Below are positions 33,392 to 35,491 of a stretch of DNA of 35,491 nt, one piece after another. Made by a program: the position numbers and the translations under genes. Positions within the stretch are counted from its first letter, which is position 1. Each line of letters opens with the position of its first letter. The stretch is from a virus (lineage: Duplodnaviria; Caudoviricetes). The notes under the pieces are model-generated. The model did not search any database. It saw only the letters and a program-made list of their open reading frames with translations, and was not told where the DNA came from. The stretch covers positions 1 to 35,491 of IMG/VR virus record IMGVR_UViG_3300027704_000067; one strand, written 5' to 3'.

Positions 33392-34873
33392 ATGACGCTA
33401 GTCCCGCTTGAAATTCCACCCGGCGTCTACCGCAATGGCACGGACTTGCAATCGCAAGGCCGTTGGCGTGATGGCAATTTAATCAGGTGGATAGACGGGA
33501 CCATGCGGCCCATAAAGGGTTGGCGGGTTAAGTCAGAAACGGCGGCAGCGGCCAAGGTTCGTGGCATGTTGTCTTGGATTGATAATGACAGCGACAGGTG
33601 GATCGCTGGCGGAACTTATAATAAGTTGTATATCTGGTCAACGACTGGAGTTCGCAGCGACATCACGCCAAGCGGACTAACCGATGGCCGTGAAACCGCA
33701 GAGGCATTTATAGGCTTTGGAGGCGGCACGTTTGGCGGGTATGCTTACGGTGTAGCACGTCCTGATACGGCACGCATTCAAGCGGCAACGTCTTGGGCGC
33801 TCGATACGTTTGGCGAAAACATGGTCGCTTGCAATCCCGACGACGGAAAGATTTACGAGTGGGCGTTAGACACAAGCACTATTGCGGCGGTCATACCCAA
33901 TGCACCAGAGAATAATCGCAGCTTGGTCGTAACAAGCGAACGATTCCTTATGGCACTTGGCGCTGATGGCAACCCGCGCAAAGTCCAATGGTCTGACCGT
34001 GAGGACAACACCACATGGACCGCAGCAGCGACGAATGAAGCGGGCGATATTGAGCTTGATACAATCGGTCAGGCGCTTGCTGGTATTAACGGCCGAGGCC
34101 AGACTTTGATTTTGACGACAATGGACGCGCACGCTGCTACCTACATTGGGCCTCCGTTCGTTTACGGCATTGAGCGTGTCGGCACGGCTTGCGGCTTAAT
34201 TTCTCAAGGCGCAGTCGCGTCAGTCGATCAAGGCGCGTATTGGATGGGTCTAAATGCGTTTCACTTATACAGCGGTGGCGCGGTTCAAGATGTACCATGC
34301 GACGTTTCAGATTACGTCTTTAATGACATTAACCGCTCGCAGGTTAGCAAGGTCTTTGGTGTTGCGAGCAGCGCACATGGTGAAATCACTTGGTTCTACC
34401 CGTCAGGCTCCTCTACAGAAAATGACCGTTACGTGACGTTCAACTACGTCGAGGGGCATTGGTCCATCGGCACGCTTGACCGCACCGCTGGCGTTGACCG
34501 TGGGGCGTTTCAGCAACCTATGTGGGCCAAGGCATCCGACTCGCACATTTACGAACACGACGTGGGCTTCAATTACGATGGCGACGAGCCGTTTGCTGAG
34601 AGCGGTCCTATCATGATTGCGTCCGGTGACGCTGTTGCGTCTGTTGTTGGCATGTTGCCAGACGAGCAAACGCAGGGCGACGTAAATGTGACATTTAAGA
34701 CACGTTTCTACCCGAACGGGACTGAACGAGATTACGGACCTTACGCAATGTCAAACCCTACGTCCATGCGATTTACGGGGCGTCAATTGCGTATGCGAGT
34801 GTCAGCGGTGAATGGCACTGATTGGCGCGTGGGCGTCAACAGGCTTGATATTGTGCCGGGGGGTCGTCGATGA
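33392..34873 (+). CDS. Tail nozzle / stabilisation protein (tail tubular B-like)
   Basis: 493 aa beta-rich protein; PPGVYRNGT..RWRDGNLIRW, WSDRED, CGLIS, YWMG, EITWFYPS; precedes the GNAT-like and ejection genes. Confidence 0.8.
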   Translation: MTLVPLEIPPGVYRNGTDLQSQGRWRDGNLIRWIDGTMRPIKGWRVKSETAAAAKVRGMLSWIDNDSDRWIAGGTYNKLYIWSTTGVRSDITPSGLTDGRETAEAFIGFGGGTFGGYAYGVARPDTARIQAATSWALDTFGENMVACNPDDGKIYEWALDTSTIAAVIPNAPENNRSLVVTSERFLMALGADGNPRKVQWSDREDNTTWTAAATNEAGDIELDTIGQALAGINGRGQTLILTTMDAHAATYIGPPFVYGIERVGTACGLISQGAVASVDQGAYWMGLNAFHLYSGGAVQDVPCDVSDYVFNDINRSQVSKVFGVASSAHGEITWFYPSGSSTENDRYVTFNYVEGHWSIGTLDRTAGVDRGAFQQPMWAKASDSHIYEHDVGFNYDGDEPFAESGPIMIASGDAVASVVGMLPDEQTQGDVNVTFKTRFYPNGTERDYGPYAMSNPTSMRFTGRQLRMRVSAVNGTDWRVGVNRLDIVPGGRR

Positions 34874-35076
34874 GATTACAGCAACCACGCGGGTCATACA
34901 GCCAAGTCAGCGAGATCGAGCGGAACCGCACAATTGAGTCTGCGGATCGTGCGAACCACAAGCGCGGGCAAGACGTTGAAATCGGTGAGGGTCGCTTGTT
35001 CTTAACCGACGACTCCACCAACGTCAGATATGAGATTTACATGACATCCGGCACTCTATCGGTGAGGACTGTATGA
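34870..35076 (+). CDS. Small tail-associated protein
   Basis: 68 aa; ATGA overlaps at both ends. Confidence 0.7.
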   Translation: MRLQQPRGSYSQVSEIERNRTIESADRANHKRGQDVEIGEGRLFLTDDSTNVRYEIYMTSGTLSVRTV

Positions 35077-35432
35077 CTGAGCTAGAACGCTGCAAACCTT
35101 GGATCGAGGCGGCGCTTGAATATAGCGGCGGCACGCACTTGTTCGAGGATGTTGAGGCGGGCTTGACTAAGGGCACGTTGCAGCTTTGGCCAGCGCCGCA
35201 TGGGTGTATCGTTACTGAAGTCGTGGTTTTCCCACGCAAGCGGGTCGTGAATGTGTTCTTGGGCGGCGGTGAGCTTGAGCAGATTATGGAGATGCACAGC
35301 GACGTGATAGACTGGGCTAAATCGCAAAACTGCGTGGCCCTCACAATGCACGGTCGCATGGGTTGGAATAAACCATTGGGTAAGCACGGCTGGAAACGCC
35401 AATTTGCCTCATATATAAAGGATTTTGAATAA
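35073..35432 (+). CDS. Second allele of the GNAT-like gene at 51-410
   Basis: Three amino-acid differences (I>V, I>V, K>E). Confidence 0.8.
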   Translation: MTELERCKPWIEAALEYSGGTHLFEDVEAGLTKGTLQLWPAPHGCIVTEVVVFPRKRVVNVFLGGGELEQIMEMHSDVIDWAKSQNCVALTMHGRMGWNKPLGKHGWKRQFASYIKDFE

Positions 35433-35491
35433 TGTCAGGCGGAAAAGGCGGTTCACAGACATCATCTGTCGTAATCCCAGAATACATTGAG
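35432..35491 (+). CDS. Partial second allele of the ejection protein at 410-1858 (cut by the window end)
   Basis: MSGGKGGSQTSSVVIPEYIE versus MSGGKGGSDTTSVAIPEYIE. Confidence 0.8.
   Translation, partial: MSGGKGGSQTSSVVIPEYIE

Larger units (their letters stand above)
35023..35491. repeat. Terminal direct repeat, right copy (diverged allele)
   Basis: Matches 1-469; see the left copy. Confidence 0.95.

Noticed and set aside
1-35491. Prophage, integrase/att sites, tRNA genes, or alternative genetic code
   Set aside because: No host genes, recombinase motifs or cloverleaf seen. All three stop codons end genes normally and coding density is high under the standard code.

Overview
The window looks like one complete, circularly permuted tailed-phage genome. 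The unit length is about 35,022 bp: positions 1-469 recur at 35023-35491, identical for the first 116 bp and then diverged at about 33 mostly synonymous sites. The architecture is podovirus-like: P22-type portal, scaffold, major capsid, adaptor and nozzle, short fibres, large ejection proteins and no tape-measure gene. The host is probably an alphaproteobacterium, inferred from a GcrA-like HTH gene and a CCCUCCC-loop sRNA candidate. Reading round the circle: TerS, TerL, a two-domain ADP-ribosyltransferase-like protein, adaptor/fibres/nozzle, a GNAT-like gene plus four ejection proteins, portal-scaffold-capsid, lysis cassette, metallophosphoesterase, a leftward early operon (PAPS-reductase-like, DUF6378-like, dCTP deaminase, GcrA-like), a divergent promoter, then a rightward replication operon (RHH, RuvC-like, RecE-like, SSB, primase-helicase, C5-methyltransferase with an overprinted second subunit, iteron origin). 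I see no DNA polymerase, integrase, CI-type repressor, tRNA or CRISPR array. The most interesting items are the tandem ART protein in the virion module, a candidate ejection-protein maturation system (GNAT-like enzyme, GGK N-terminal motif, CFI-box-like and S74 C-terminal domains, hendecad repeats), the split methyltransferase and the sRNA candidate. All family assignments come from motif recognition by eye, with no database search.
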